A stretch of 63,958 nt of DNA, filler included, from Octopus bimaculoides (taxonomy: Eukaryota), in NCBI RefSeq assembly GCF_001194135.2. It is 6 parts of 6 records of this genome, joined end to end, with 100 filler letters (N's around TTAATTAATTAA, not from the genome) between each part and the next. Parts side by side here need not be neighbours in the genome. Positions count along the whole stretch, not along the records: positions 7,968 to 22,577 come from NC_068981.1; positions 22,678 to 38,963 come from NC_068985.1; 4 more parts are not named here. One strand, 5' to 3'. The notes beneath the pieces are model-generated. The model made no database searches and had not been told where the DNA came from. It saw nothing but the letters and a program-made list of their open reading frames with translations. The translations under genes and the position numbers were made by a program. Positions 11,764 to 23,427 of this stretch are shown here, one piece after another (positions within the stretch are counted from its first letter, which is position 1; each line of letters begins with the position of its first letter).

Positions 11764-13469
11764 CTGTGAAGTCATTGCGTGAGTCTATGTTGAAGTGTTT
11801 ATCGAATTGTTGCCATTGTTATTGATTTGAATTGTTGTTTGAATTGTTGCCAAAGTTGTTAATTCGTTAAGTGTTGTTTTGTTTCCCATTGTGGGAAAAT
11901 GTAGAAGGCGCTGAAGGCAGGCCCAGGTTATGCGGCCACAACAAGCAAAGAAGTAGACGTGCAAGAGTTGGAGGTCTGCAAAATAAAAATGGAGCCTAGA
12001 AAGATGAAGGAGAGTGAAAAACTAATCACTAAGGAAGGTAATATTCTGAAGCTAATGCCACCTGAAGATTTATCGGCCAACGCGTTAAAAAGAACGGTAA
12101 CATTTAAAACCATGAAGGTAGCCACAAGAAAAATAGAAATTGCACTGATAGAAGCCATAGAGGAATGTATAAAGGAATTGAAAAGATTTACAACACACGT
12201 TACGAGAGGGAGGAGATACGCCACTGTGGAGGTGCGCTTCACAACAGAGGAGGAAGCAATAAAGCACTCCACAGAAGCAATAAGGATAGAGGAATGGGTG
12301 CTCTTGCCTTCGTACTGCAGCAAACATGTGGTCAAGGTGCGAGTGGGTAAGGTACCACTCGAATTGAAAGAAGAATGGCTAATGACAGCCATAACGTATA
12401 ATATGAAAGACGGGAAGATTCTGAAGGCTACAAGGACCCAGAAGGTGAACTACTGGGGATATGGTATCAAATTAACGATTCAGGCAACAACGGAGGACTT
12501 GAATAGTGTGGTGGATGAGATTATGCTGCCAGAAGATGTGAAACTGAGAGTTATTGTGGAGGATAGGCCGCCAGTATGTTTCACATGTGGAAAAAGGGGC
12601 CACATGAAGGCATGGTGCACCCAAAGAAAGCCACAAACAGAACAGGAGGAGAGACATGAGAATGTGGACCAGGTAGTATAGGGCAAGGCAACAGAAAAAG
12701 AAACGGAGAAGGGATTCACTATGGTTAAAAAGAAGAGGAGGAGCAGAGGAATGAGTTCTCCGCCAGAGAAGCAGAAAAAAAAAGAGAGAAGAGGTGAGAA
12801 AAGAAACTGTGAAGGAGGGTAGCAGGAAGGAAAAAGAAAGTAAAAAGAAAGTGGAGTTACCAGTGGAGAAAGTGTCGGAAACCCAACTGTATGAAGGTGA
12901 GATGGACTGACTATTTATGGAGGAAGAAAAGAGAGAACCAAAAGTCCAAGAGAAAGGAAAGAAGATACGAGGAGGAGAAGGAGTATGGTATTATGTGACG
13001 TGCCCAAAAAATGTTGAAACAGAAAAAAATAATCAAGTTACACTCAATAGTAAGAGTAAAGGTGCCTTCATACGTCGACGCGGAGGATATGAAGGCAATA
13101 TTGATCGAAGAGGAAAACTACAGAAAATTGAAAGAGATGTGTGGAGATAACGTTGACCCGCCAGGAGTGGAGGTGGAATTTAAAGAGTTGCCACCAGTGG
13201 TGGATTTAAGAGATATCGAACCACTGATGAAGTTCTACTAAAGACAAAAAAAAGTATGACATTAAAGGAAAAAAAAGAGAACAATTGTAAATAGTACATA
13301 TAACGGTTCAAATGGTACTGCATGGAAGTGGGGCCCATGCGTCCATTTTCATTTCTATATAACTTTCATTTCATTTACATTCGTTTTATGTTTTTTGTCC
13401 CCACTGTGGTCTTGTCTGTCCTTGTAGTATCTCCATCTATGTTTAGAGCTTTATGCCTAATAAAGAAAT
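11764..13469 (+). mobile_element. ORF1-only non-LTR retroelement (Tx1/L1-like, HAL1-like architecture) nested in SINE B
   Basis: T-rich 5' UTR, one degenerate ORF1, ~230-bp 3' UTR ending aataaagaaat, no reverse transcriptase. Degenerate 13-bp TSD cggtgtcccatct (11751-11763) / cggtatttcatct (13470-13482). Confidence 0.75.
11899..13241 (+). pseudogene. Gag/ORF1-like protein with RRM-like region and CCHC zinc knuckle, disrupted
   Basis: ATG at 11899 is in frame with the 240-aa ORF 11959-12681. CFTCGKRGHMKAWC (CX2CX4HX4C) is followed by GFTMVKKKRRSR and a K/E-rich region, continuing through stops and frameshifts to ...DIEPLMKFY* at 13241. Confidence 0.75.
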
Positions 13470-13640
13470 CGGTATTTCATCTGTCTTTACGTTCTGAGTT
13501 CAAATTCTGCCGAGGTCGACTTTACCTTTCATCCTTTCGGGGTCGATAAATTAAGTACCAGTTGTGTATTGTGGTCGATCTAATTGACTGGCCTTCTTCC
13601 CCCAAAAAATTTCAGGCCTTGTGCCTTTAGTAGAAAAGTA
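13470..13640 (+). mobile_element. SINE family B, 3' part with (ATT)n-type tail
   Basis: gttctgagttcaaattctgccgaggtcgac..aaaaatttcaggccttgtgcctttagtagaaaag. Confidence 0.85.
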
Positions 13641-13809
13641 TATTGCGACCGTTACAGAATATAGAAAGAAGGGTAAAACTGATAACTATATAATCCAACC
13701 AAAATATCTCAGTGACGCAAACATAAACAGTATTATTATTTAGCCTTAAAATACATCATACATATTCAGAGAACCCTCTTGATTTAGTGGTATGGAACGT
13801 TTTTCTCAT

Positions 13810-14025
13810 ATTCTTTTATTCTTTTACTTGTTTCAGTCAGTTGACAGTGGCTATGCTGGAGCACTTCCCTTTAGTTGAAGAAACTGACCCCCTGGACTTA
13901 TTCCCTGTAAGCCTGGTGCTTATTCTATCAGTTTCTTCTGCTGAACAGCTAGGTTACAGGTATGCAAACACATCCACATCGGTTTTCAAGCAATGGTGGT
14001 GGGTGGACAAACACAGACACATTCA
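13810..14025 (-). mobile_element. SINE family A, 3' half
   Basis: ttcttttattcttttacttgtttcagtca..gctggagcac..ggacaaacacagacac is the reverse complement of the A tail. Confidence 0.8.
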
Positions 14026-14036
14026 TATATTTATAT

Positions 14037-15206
14037 ACTAGATGGTGTACCCTGTAATTTCCAGGGGTAAAGATGTTCTATTGAAATGCCTTATTACTCT
14101 GATTTAAGAAAGCAATTTTGTTATAACTGCCACAAAAGGTGTATTTTCCGTCATGAAAAAGTACAAGAAACTGTCAGCTGGAGGAGGGAGAGATTGTTGG
14201 AAATTGGCGAGAGAGGTTTTCAGAGGTTGGCGAGAAAGATTGTCGGAGGTTGGTGAGGGAGGTTGGCGAGAGTCAAAGACATTATTCTGCTTAGTGAAGG
14301 CATCTGGGAAATGTATAACTGCTGTCATTCACTATTGTTTTACCATGAGAAAAGCGCTGTTGAAGTGTTAAGTGAAATTTGACAATCGAGGATCGAATCC
14401 ACGCAATACCAGCATGAAGCCACTACAAGTACGTTGTGCTATAAAAAATTTACCTACTGTCATGGAAAATGTATAACTGTAAAAATACAGAATTATCGGA
14501 GTAATGGGCATTCAAAAAAGTATGTTTGTATAGAAATGTATGAATGAGGTCTTTAATGTTTAAGATTCAAATTAAGGAAGTGCAATAATAATGTTTACAG
14601 TTCAAAACTGTGAGTAGTGAAATGCAGAATTAGGGCGGCTGATTGTGAGAATCAAATATTGATCGCTTCACTAAAAACTGCAGGTGGTATGGGTTATTTC
14701 CCTTAGGTTGTTGAATTAAAATATTAGGAATATGTAGTAGATAGAAGGATCCATTGGAAGGGTCCTATTATCGATTTTTTTCAACAATCTAAGTGTGTCA
14801 CGAGGTTTCCTTGCATGAGTTCTACTTACGTGTCAAATAAAGTATAAAAGTGATATTGTCTGCAAAAATTAGAAATAGGACACACAAAAAAATTAATATT
14901 CAAAATAATCGAACATAAACTATGAAATGCGTTATTTCCCTTGAGTGTTAAAAACGAATACTGTACAGCTGCTATGGGTTATTTCCCTTTGGTGTTTAAA
15001 AAAAAACTATTTATATGAGGTAGATATAAAGGTCCCTTCCAGGGCCCGTATTATCGATTTTTTCAACAATCTAACTATGTCACGAGATTTCCAGACATGA
15101 GTCCTACTCACATGTCAAGTTTCATCAAAACCAATAAAATGATGTAGGAGGAATTAACTAACAATGCCACAAACAAACACACACCGATTTTCCACATGCA
15201 GTAGAT
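14037..15206 (+). mobile_element. Probable non-autonomous Helitron/Helentron-like element with an internal ~270-bp duplication
   Basis: Starts actag..taccctgtaatttccaggggta and ends aagtttcatcaaaa..acaaacaaacacacacc..agtagat. 14685-14850 is repeated at 14960-15120. Class assignment is from remembered architecture. Confidence 0.45.
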
Positions 15207-15889
15207 ATGTGTGTGTGTGTGTGTCTTTTAGTTTTTGTTTACTCATACACATCAACAAATGAGCCAATTGAACAACTTTGTGTGGTTGTTCAATTCGCTA
15301 GAAATAACAACCAAATCTTTCTCACAGTATGTTCTTGTTAGTATTAAGGAAAGGGGGAAAAATGCTTTCATCTATTACTTGATACAAGTAAAAAGAAATT
15401 GGAAAAATCCTGACCAAAACAGAGAAATTACTACTTAACAAAAATATAGAAAGAGAAAGAAAAAGTTGTATTCGAAAGCCAAGTGATGTTTTTTAGCTGA
15501 GGTGTAATTTTATAATTAAAACAAATTCAAAATTTAAATTTCGGAACATAAAACTTAACATGTTATCTGGAGTATGGCCGAATTCAAATGGGTAGAAGAC
15601 CTAAAACAAATGTGCATACGTGTGTGTGGGGAGGGGGGTATGTGTTGTGTGTGTGTAGTTGGGTCTTTAATAGCCAGGGGTCAGTTCAATCATAGAAAAG
15701 AATTCAGCCACTCCCACTCATTCTCTCTCTCTCTTTCTTTCTCACTTCTTCTCTCCCTTGTTTGACATATGCATCAAATTTAAGTATCTTAATTTTCCCA
15801 TTAAGATTGGGGCTGCTTCTGTGGACCAGCAGGCATGGATGTTGACAAGTAGTAACACAATACAGAGATGGTTGTACACTTATATATAT

Positions 15890-16190
15890 CATCATCATCG
15901 TTTAACGTCCGCTTTCCATGCTAGCATGGGTTGGACGATTTGACTGAGGACTGACGAACCAGATGGCTGCACCAGGCTCCAATCTGATCTGGCAGAGTTT
16001 CTACAGCTGGATGCCTTTCCTAACACCAACTACTCAAGAGTGTAGTGGGTGCTTTTACGTGCCACTGACATGAGGGCCTGTCAGGCGGTACTGGCAATGG
16101 CCACGCTCAAATGGTGTTTTTTATGTGCCACCTGCACAGGAGTCAGTCCACCGGCACTGGCGATGACCTCACTCGAATGTTTTGTTCACG
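15890..16190 (-). mobile_element. Family C SINE-like repeat, 3' 300 bp
   Basis: (CAT)n then tttaacgtccgctttccatgctagcatggg..ctacagctggatgcc.ttcctaac..gtgccac. Confidence 0.85.
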
Positions 16191-16202
16191 TATACATACA
16201 TA

Positions 16203-17502
16203 CAGGGTGCAGTGAATAAATTGTTGTCTAAATTACGCAAAAGGAAAATAACACTGACATCTCATTTTAACAAATATATTTACCAAAATTACATAAAAAT
16301 ATCTTGAAATACTAAAGACTAAATTTATTCAATAAAATCACCATTGGCTTCAACCATGGCATCCAGACAACTTCAGAATCTCCTGCAACTCTTCTGGACG
16401 GTCTCCTTGTTTAAGTTGGTGAATACTGCTATAATCCTTGCCTTCAGTCCATCTTTAGTTTTACAAGGAGTTTTGTTGGTCTCTCATTCAATTGTGCACC
16501 ACACATAATAATCAAGGGGGTTGCAGTCTGGGGAGTTAGGTGGCCAGATGTTAGGGGTGATGTGGTTGCAGAAATTGTCTGACAGCCATGACTGGGTTCT
16601 CCTGCTTGTGTAGCATGGTGTAGAGTCCTGTTGTCAGACATAGGGTCTTCCTGCAGCCACCCTTTTGACCCAGGGCAGCACTGCCTCCTCCGGGCACTTG
16701 GTGTAGGCCTCTGTGTTGATTTTGAAGCCGGGTAGGAAGATGAGTGGAGGCATAGTGTCGCCATCACTAATGATGACTCCAAACACTGTGATGCTGACTG
16801 GATGTTTGATTTTATCACTCTTCGTACATGTTTTGGGGACATGGCAAGCCAACAGTTGTTTTGTGTGTTCACTATATGAACCTGGCAGAAATTTTTCTCA
16901 TGTGAGAAAAACCAAAGCATGTTCGGTTGGAGGGGATGCTTGAGTTTGTTCAAAAGCTTCGTAGTGCAGTCTTTCCTCTTGTCCTTGAGGGCTTGGGATA
17001 AAAATTGGCCCTTTCTCGTCTTGTATGAGGAATACCGAATGTCTTCATGCACTACCTGCCTGATAAGAAGCTCAAGCACTCCCATGTCCCTGGTGATGGA
17101 CCTGATTGACTTGGAGTGATTGTGGTCAATCATGACCTGGATCTCACCAACAAATTCAGGAGTCCTTTTCTTATCAGAACGTTCAGAGTGAGTTTTCCAA
17201 GCTGCTGTACCTTCATAATCACCATTAGACTCATCCAACTCTTTCCGAATATTCTGCATTGTCCTCACATTGACACCCAAACGCTCTGAAATGTTCATAT
17301 TGGAGTTCCCAACGCAAATGCCAAGCAGTACAGCATGTCATTTCCAAATTTTTGGCAGAGTGAATTGTGTCAGGATGCTGTTTTTTTTAGATAGTAGCCA
17401 ACAGATGCTACTATACTGTGTATTCAACAAAATCAAAAACAAACAATGCACATGCGTGAAATTAAAAATATAAAATGGTGACAATTTACCCATCACACCC
17501 TG
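16203..17502 (-). mobile_element. Near full-length Tc1/mariner element of the DD37D (maT) family with a disrupted transposase
   Basis: Imperfect TIRs cagggtg...taaattgt at both ends and TA flanks (16201-16202, 17503-17504). The transposase has FSHEK (first Asp mutated), QQD and SPDCNPLD, with 37 residues between Asp2 and Asp3, plus a frameshift near 16850 and a premature TGA. Confidence 0.9.
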
Positions 17503-17506
17503 TATG

Positions 17507-17580
<74 letters not shown>

Positions 17581-17729
17581 NNNNNNNNNNNNNNNNNNNN
17601 NNNNNNNNNNNNNNNNNNNNNNNNNNNNNNNNNNNNNNNNNNNNNNNNNNNNNNNNNNGTTAAAATGTTTGACACCAGTGATGCCACACTGTTCTCCCAG
17701 GTTTTAGAGTCAATATTGGTGCTCTTCTA

Positions 17730-17948
17730 AGGCGGAGAGCTGGCAGAATCGTTAGCATGCCAGGTGAAATGCTTAGCAGTATTTTGTCTGTCTTTACATT
17801 CTGTGTTCAAATCCCGCCGAGGTCGACTTTGCCTTTCATCCTTTCGGGATCGATAAATTAAGTACCTGTTGCGTACTGAGGTCGGTCTAATCAACTGAAC
17901 CCCTCCCCCAAAAGAATTTCAGGTCTTGTGCCTAGAGTAGAAAAGAAT
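17730..17948 (+). mobile_element. SINE family B, full length, (ATT)n-type tail
   Basis: ggcggagagctggcagaatcgttagc..gtgttcaaatcccgccgaggtcgac..atttcaggtcttgtgcctagagtagaaaagaat. Confidence 0.9.
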
Positions 17949-17954
17949 ATTGGT

Positions 17955-18290
17955 GTTCTTCATCATCTGTTTCAGTTGGTCTTTGTTGCATTGCATGGGA
18001 TGCCTGCAGGATCCACTATAGAGGATCTGATGTGACAGTTTAGTACTCTTCATGCAGTGGACATGCCCTGCCCATCTAAGGTGATATTTAATGATGGTAG
18101 CCTCAATATTGTGGAAATTGACCCATTCAAGTACTGCAAGGTTGTTGATATAATCATGTCATTTGATGTTCATAACTGAATGCAGTTTTTTTAATGGAAT
18201 TGTTCCAGTTTTCAAATATCTTGGCAGAAACAACCATGACTTGATACACCATGAGCTTGATTTGTAGTTTCAGGTACTTGTTTCCAAAGA
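17955..18290 (-). mobile_element. RTE (BovB-like) LINE fragment, RT C-terminal region
   Basis: VFGNKYLKLQIKLMVYQ..HDYINNLAVLEWVNFHNIEATIIKYHLRWAGHVHCM..ILY. Confidence 0.75.
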
Positions 18291-18419
18291 CACACCAAAA
18301 TATATATTTATATACATAAATGTCAAATGATAAGAATGAGCACTCAACACTGCATTGGTAGATAAAATTTCTTTATTTGTGTATTAAGGCTACTATTGGT
18401 TTCACATTAAGGAAAATAT

Positions 18420-18700
18420 CTTATTATTGAGATGTACTTGCATAGCAAGTGACCTGATCTGAGATCATGTGCTGAAACAAAAACAATTGCAGTATAGGTG
18501 TTTATAAACCATTTAAAAACACACAAAAACCAATAGATTCACTTCAACATTTAAATTTAATTTGATAAAATATTTTCATCACTTTGAAATTGTGACCTGT
18601 TCATAGACAAAATTCTGTGCTGCACGGAATTTTGTCAGTGAACAGGTAGAAGTTTCAAAGCAACGAAAATATTTTGACAAATTAAACTTAAATGAAAATA
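18420..18700. repeat. Interspersed repeat ending in a long fold-back
   Basis: 18548-18615 and 18627-18694 are ~68-bp inverted repeats of about 80% identity by eye. Confidence 0.7.
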
Positions 18701-18729
18701 TCTTAATATATTAACAATATTTCAAGCCG

Positions 18730-19090
18730 ATCACATGGAGGAATGGTGTGCATCTCCATTTTGGATGAAAACATATATATACGTAAATATATACATATGA
18801 TGTGTTCTGACCAGCAGAAGTGATGTTGTGTCATGGTAGCTTCAATGCTTGGCAGTTCATCCCAGAGCAGAACCTCTTTATTGGTAATGTAGTTTTTCCA
18901 TTGAATCCTCATAACTGTGCAAAGTTTGTGCAGTCAGAAATATTTCATTTTCTTCAAATCACATCAGTACAACACCCTTGTTCACAACCATAGTGGAAAG
19001 GATGACAGCTCAGAATACCATGATTTTTGTTTGGGTGGTGAGATCATGAACACATTATATGTATGCCTCAAACGTGCCTTGCCTATTAAC
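18730..19090 (-). mobile_element. Second RTE (BovB-like) LINE fragment covering the same RT region
   Basis: HDLTTQTKIMVF*AVILST..YGCE..MRIQWKNYITNKEVLLWDELPSIEATMTQHHFCWSEH. Confidence 0.75.
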
Positions 19091-20155
19091 TCCTATTTGT
19101 GGAGTTGACCTCAAGCACCAGTCCACATGGAACCCACAAATTCTGTTTCTGAGACCAGCTCAATGCCACTCTCCTCCACTGATCCATTGATACAAATACC
19201 TGGGAGACAATTGCTAAGGATAGCTCAAAGGGGCAGCATGTCACTGTCAAGGGAACAGACCAGATGGAAAATAACAGACATCAAAAGGCAGAGATCAGAC
19301 ATCAAAGAGACAAAGGATAACTCACACTTCCTTGTCTCCAACTAACTCTTTCTTGCAATAAATGCCCCCAGCTCTTCTATATTACCCTTGACCTGAACAA
19401 CTACCTCAGGCACTGGCACCATTCACAACAATCAGGATGAAGAGGCTCAATCGCTCACTACAGATTAACTACTCAGATACAAGTTAATACCACCACTTAT
19501 AATATATAATATATATTATAAGTCAGGCTACAATATGTACCTGTTTGCTTGAAAGAAGAGAAAAACTCACCAAAACCACATATCTCTCACTATATGTAAT
19601 ATATCAATACATTTAGTTTTAAAATAGTTTACATAGTAAGCCTGGCACAGAAAGTGAAATCAATTGATACTGGGATATCTACCTTCCTGTTTGTAGTTTT
19701 ACAAATTGGGACAACCATTTTTCTAAATGTATTTGCTACATTCTCCATGCGTATTTACATATAGTGAGAGACACATGGTTTTGAAAAGTTTTAACTCTTC
19801 TTTCAAGCAAACAGGTACATATTGTACCCTGACTTTTAATAGGTTATATATATCCCACATGGATAGGAAAGCCTTCCTTTTTCTGTCGAGGGCTTATATG
19901 AGACTATTTTCCTTAGACTTTATTAGATTATTTTTCTTAGTCATTGCACAGTGATCACCATAAGCTTTAAGCTTATATAAAAATACCATTATTATTATTT
20001 ACAGGATTGTAAACTCAGTGCCATATAAAAAACCATTCGCACCGAAAGCATATATATATATATATTTGGATTATGTTTGCTCGCCACTTTGTCATTATTT
20101 TTTTAAAGACAATAACTTATTTGAATTTTGTGTGTTTGTGTATATATATATATAT

Positions 20156-20695
20156 ATTGGGTTCATGCCGATTTTTAAAGGAAAGAAAATTGGTCAATAA
20201 ATACTTGCCATTACATTTTTAATGAACCAAATATGAACCATTTTGTTGCACAATGTGTCTCTATCTTACCTTTAACTTGAAAATACTCTCTTCCCAGAAT
20301 TGAGGTGGTTTCATGGCAAAAAATTCATCAAGGCATCTTTTTACGTCATCCAAGGAATTGAAATTTTTACCATTAAGACTATTCTGCAGAGACCTGAATA
20401 AGTGGAAATCCAAAAGAGCAATATCTGGTGAATATGGAGGGTGGGGTAACACATCCCAGGCGAGCTGCAGCAATTTTTGTCTGGTTCCCAAAGAAATATG
20501 TGGTCTTGCATTATCATGTTGGAAAACAACACCCTTCCTGTTGGCCAATTGGGGACATTTCTCTTGAATTGCTGCTTTTAACTCGTCCAGTTGTGTGCAG
20601 TATTTCTCAGAATTAATTGTCTGGTTACTTGGCTCATAGTACAGAATTCTCCGTAAACTGCGCATATTTCTTCGGTTGCTTGTAAGGCATTTTTC
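20156..20695 (-). mobile_element. Internally deleted mariner (D34D) transposon
   Basis: HDNARPH...HPPYSPDIALLD with 34-residue spacing. N-terminal KGKNALQATEEICAVYGE is fused directly to ILYYE. TIR-like tattgggttcatgccg near 20156. Confidence 0.85.
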
Positions 20696-20918
20696 CCTTT
20701 AAGGTTTTGCAGCATAAACCTTATCTTTGAGATGTTCCCATAAAAAAAAAAAATCCATTGGTGTGAGGTCTGGGGAACATGCAGGAAATTCAACACTACC
20801 TCTCCTCCCAATCCATTTGTTTGGATTTGTTGCATTGAGGTAAGCCCGTACATCACAAAAAACAATACATTAGTAATCGTCTGTCAAAGAGTGAGTACAT
20901 CTTTTTGGGACACCCTGT
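20696..20918 (-). mobile_element. Deleted Tc1/maT-like fragment
   Basis: TIR tacagggtgtcccaaaaagatg is followed within ~70 bp by YLNATNPNKWIGRRGSVEFPACSPDLTPMDFF..WEHLKDKVYAAKP. Confidence 0.7.
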
Positions 20919-20934
20919 ATATATGTATATATGT

Positions 20935-21150
20935 GTGTGTTTGTTTGTGTCTGTGTTTGTTCCTCCACCATTGCTTGACAACCGATGCTGGTGTGTTTAC
21001 ATCCCTGTAACTTAGCAGTTTGGCAAAAGAGACCGACAGAATAAGTACTAGGCTTACAAAGAATAAGTCCTGGGGTCGATTGTTTCGACTATAGGCGGTG
21101 CTCCAGCATGGCCACAGTCAAATGACTGAAACAAGTAAAAGAGTAAAGAG
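20935..21150 (+). mobile_element. SINE family A, 3' half
   Basis: gcttgacaaccgatgctggtgtgtttac..tgactgaaacaagtaaaagagtaaagag. Confidence 0.85.
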
Positions 21151-22014
21151 TACACCAATGTTTAAATCTTTACTCTTGCCACCCTTCACATATCAAAAGA
21201 ACATCCTATACAGTATGACAACATGCATCTGTACCATAGTAACTGACCTACAAATACCCCAAATTAGACTTGATGAACTCAAAAACTTCTTACAAGAACA
21301 AAATTACTCTGTGAAACTTATAAATAATGGAATCTCAAAAGCAATGAAATTAGACATCACACAACTTAGGACTCCAAAAGAAAAAAGCAAGAAGTATACT
21401 ATTCCATTTATTAATACATACAACCCTGGAATAACCAATATTTTCCATGTATTACAATTAAACCTACCAATACTCTTACAGAGCCCCAAAATGAGGAAAC
21501 TGATAGACAAAAGCTACCTGCGAAATACTGAACGCCAGAAAAAACCCCCCTTAAAAAACAACTTACAAGAGCAAAATTCACATCAGAGAATGAAACGGAA
21601 TTCTCCATAAAAGAATGTGGAGACACCAGATGTGGAATATGTAACAACAACAATAACTACAAATATATAGATGGGGACACCCACATAAAATTTAAAAGTG
21701 GATTCTTATTCAAAGTAAATGCAGATATGAACTGCAAGACACAAAACCTCATATAGTGTATTACTTGCCCCAAATGCAAGGAGAATTATATTGGTGAAAC
21801 CAATAATTCCCTTTGCCAACACACAAGAATCCATAGACAGCACATCAGACAAGAGGAGCTACAGAAAATTCCACTGAGCAAACATTTGGAAATATGTGGA
21901 GAAGGAAAATTCAAAATCTTCCCCTTCTACAAATGCTCAAGGAACAACCCAAACTTCTGAGAAACAATTTAGCTACACTTCATAAAGAAATTCACACCAA
22001 AATTAAATACTTGA
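21151..22014 (+). mobile_element. Penelope-like element 3' fragment (RT C-terminus plus GIY-YIG endonuclease)
   Basis: SCHPSHIK..IRLDELKNFLQEQNY..IPFINTYNP..CGDTRCGIC..MNCKTQNLI*CITCPKCKENYIGET..HRQHI..HLEIC..FIKKFTPKLNT*. Confidence 0.85.
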
Positions 22015-22119
22015 AAAAGGAAATATTTTGAAATATATGAAGGAAAATTCAAAGCTCTGAAAGATAACGGAACTATACTTCACAAAAAAAAATCCTCAAC
22101 AAAAATTAACGTAACAATA

Positions 22120-22445
22120 TATTTTTTTGAAATTCTACCTATGAGAATTCTACCTCTATGAATTTGATTGTATATATGTTAAAGATGATTTCAAACCATT
22201 GCTAAAACCTTTTTACCACATTGTTGTTGGACCTTGCAAAACACTCCAGATTCTGAAATTCTATAAGAACAGCTGCTTTCCCTCTTCTGTACTTGGCTCT
22301 CTTTCTCCTTTAGAAAATTCTAGGCTGGAGCTTTGAAATATATTCAAAACAAACAGCCAACCAGAAGTAGATGAATTTGGAAATATAATTGTGACAGCAT
22401 TGTGTATTGCTTTTTTTAAAATTCTATTTGGCAGTCTGAAGGACA
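22120..22445 (-). mobile_element. MULE/Mutator transposase remnant
   Basis: KAIHNAVTIIFPNSSTSGWLF resembles the DFE.A..NA...FP.....GC.FH motif. Downstream NNNVVKGFSNGLKSSL resembles RTNN..EG.HN. Confidence 0.6.
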
Positions 22446-22725
22446 AATACTTTCCAAATTTATTTAATCACAGAGATGAATCTTGAATTATATAAATTTT
22501 TTAAAAAATCATAATGTGTACTTATGTATGTGGAGTGTGTGTATGTGTGCACAAATATGAACATGTATATATATAGANNNNNNNNNNNNNNNNNNNNNNN
22601 NNNNNNNNNNNNNNNNNNNNNTTAATTAATTAANNNNNNNNNNNNNNNNNNNNNNNNNNNNNNNNNNNNNNNNNNNNAGGCGGTGTCCCAGTATGGCCAC
22701 AGTCCAATGACTGAAACAAGTAAAA

Positions 22726-22768
<43 letters not shown>

Positions 22769-22836
22769 TATATGCACATATTTTGCAATTTATAAAATAC
22801 ATACACACGCATACATGCACTTATATATTAATGACT

Positions 22837-22965
22837 TGTAGGGACATGGTACTTCGTTACGCAAGCCTAATATGCTACAACGTATATTAAACGTTTTTAT
22901 ACGTCAATACTGAGTACTACTGTGTTAGCAGTGCTCTTACATCACCTATTAAGATTATCTCTACA
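22837..22965. mobile_element. Possible very short solo LTR
   Basis: Termini tgtaggga...tctctaca (7/8 inverted match); flanks gact / gatt. Confidence 0.4.
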
Positions 22966-23039
22966 GATTTCCTATAGAAATTGTAGTCACCACTGATTTT
23001 GTTACGACGTTTCATATCCGAGACGCCAGATGTAAACAA

Positions 23040-23425
23040 ACAATGAGCTCGAATATGAAGTGTGATGTATTAAGTTGGTGGCAAGACTCCAAGGTATAGA
23101 GGATCTAGCGAGTTTTATACCGCTGTACCTCGATGGAGCGGCATTGGCGCTATACCTGGAAATGGAAGAGAAGGACCAGTTGAGCGCAGAAAAAATAGAA
23201 GGCCGGCTGATGGAGGCTTTCACGGAGGGGCCATTTATGGCATATGGTCGACTAGAGAAAACAAAGTGGATGGGCGAACAGGTCGGTGTGTTTGCCAACG
23301 AAATCAGGAGATTGGCTAGACTCGTGGAATATAGAGATGGTGCGTTAGAACAAACCGTAAAATTAACCCTTGTAACAGGATTTCCTGACCACGTGTCGGT
23401 CGAGCTGCAAAAGCTGCCGAAGTAG
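23040..23425 (+). mobile_element. Ty3/Gypsy gag fragment
   Basis: LVARLQGIEDLASFIPLYLDGAALALYLEM..AFTEGPFMAY..W.GE.V.VFANEIRRLARL, typical invertebrate Gypsy gag; truncated by a stop. Confidence 0.7.
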
Positions 23426-23427
23426 CT

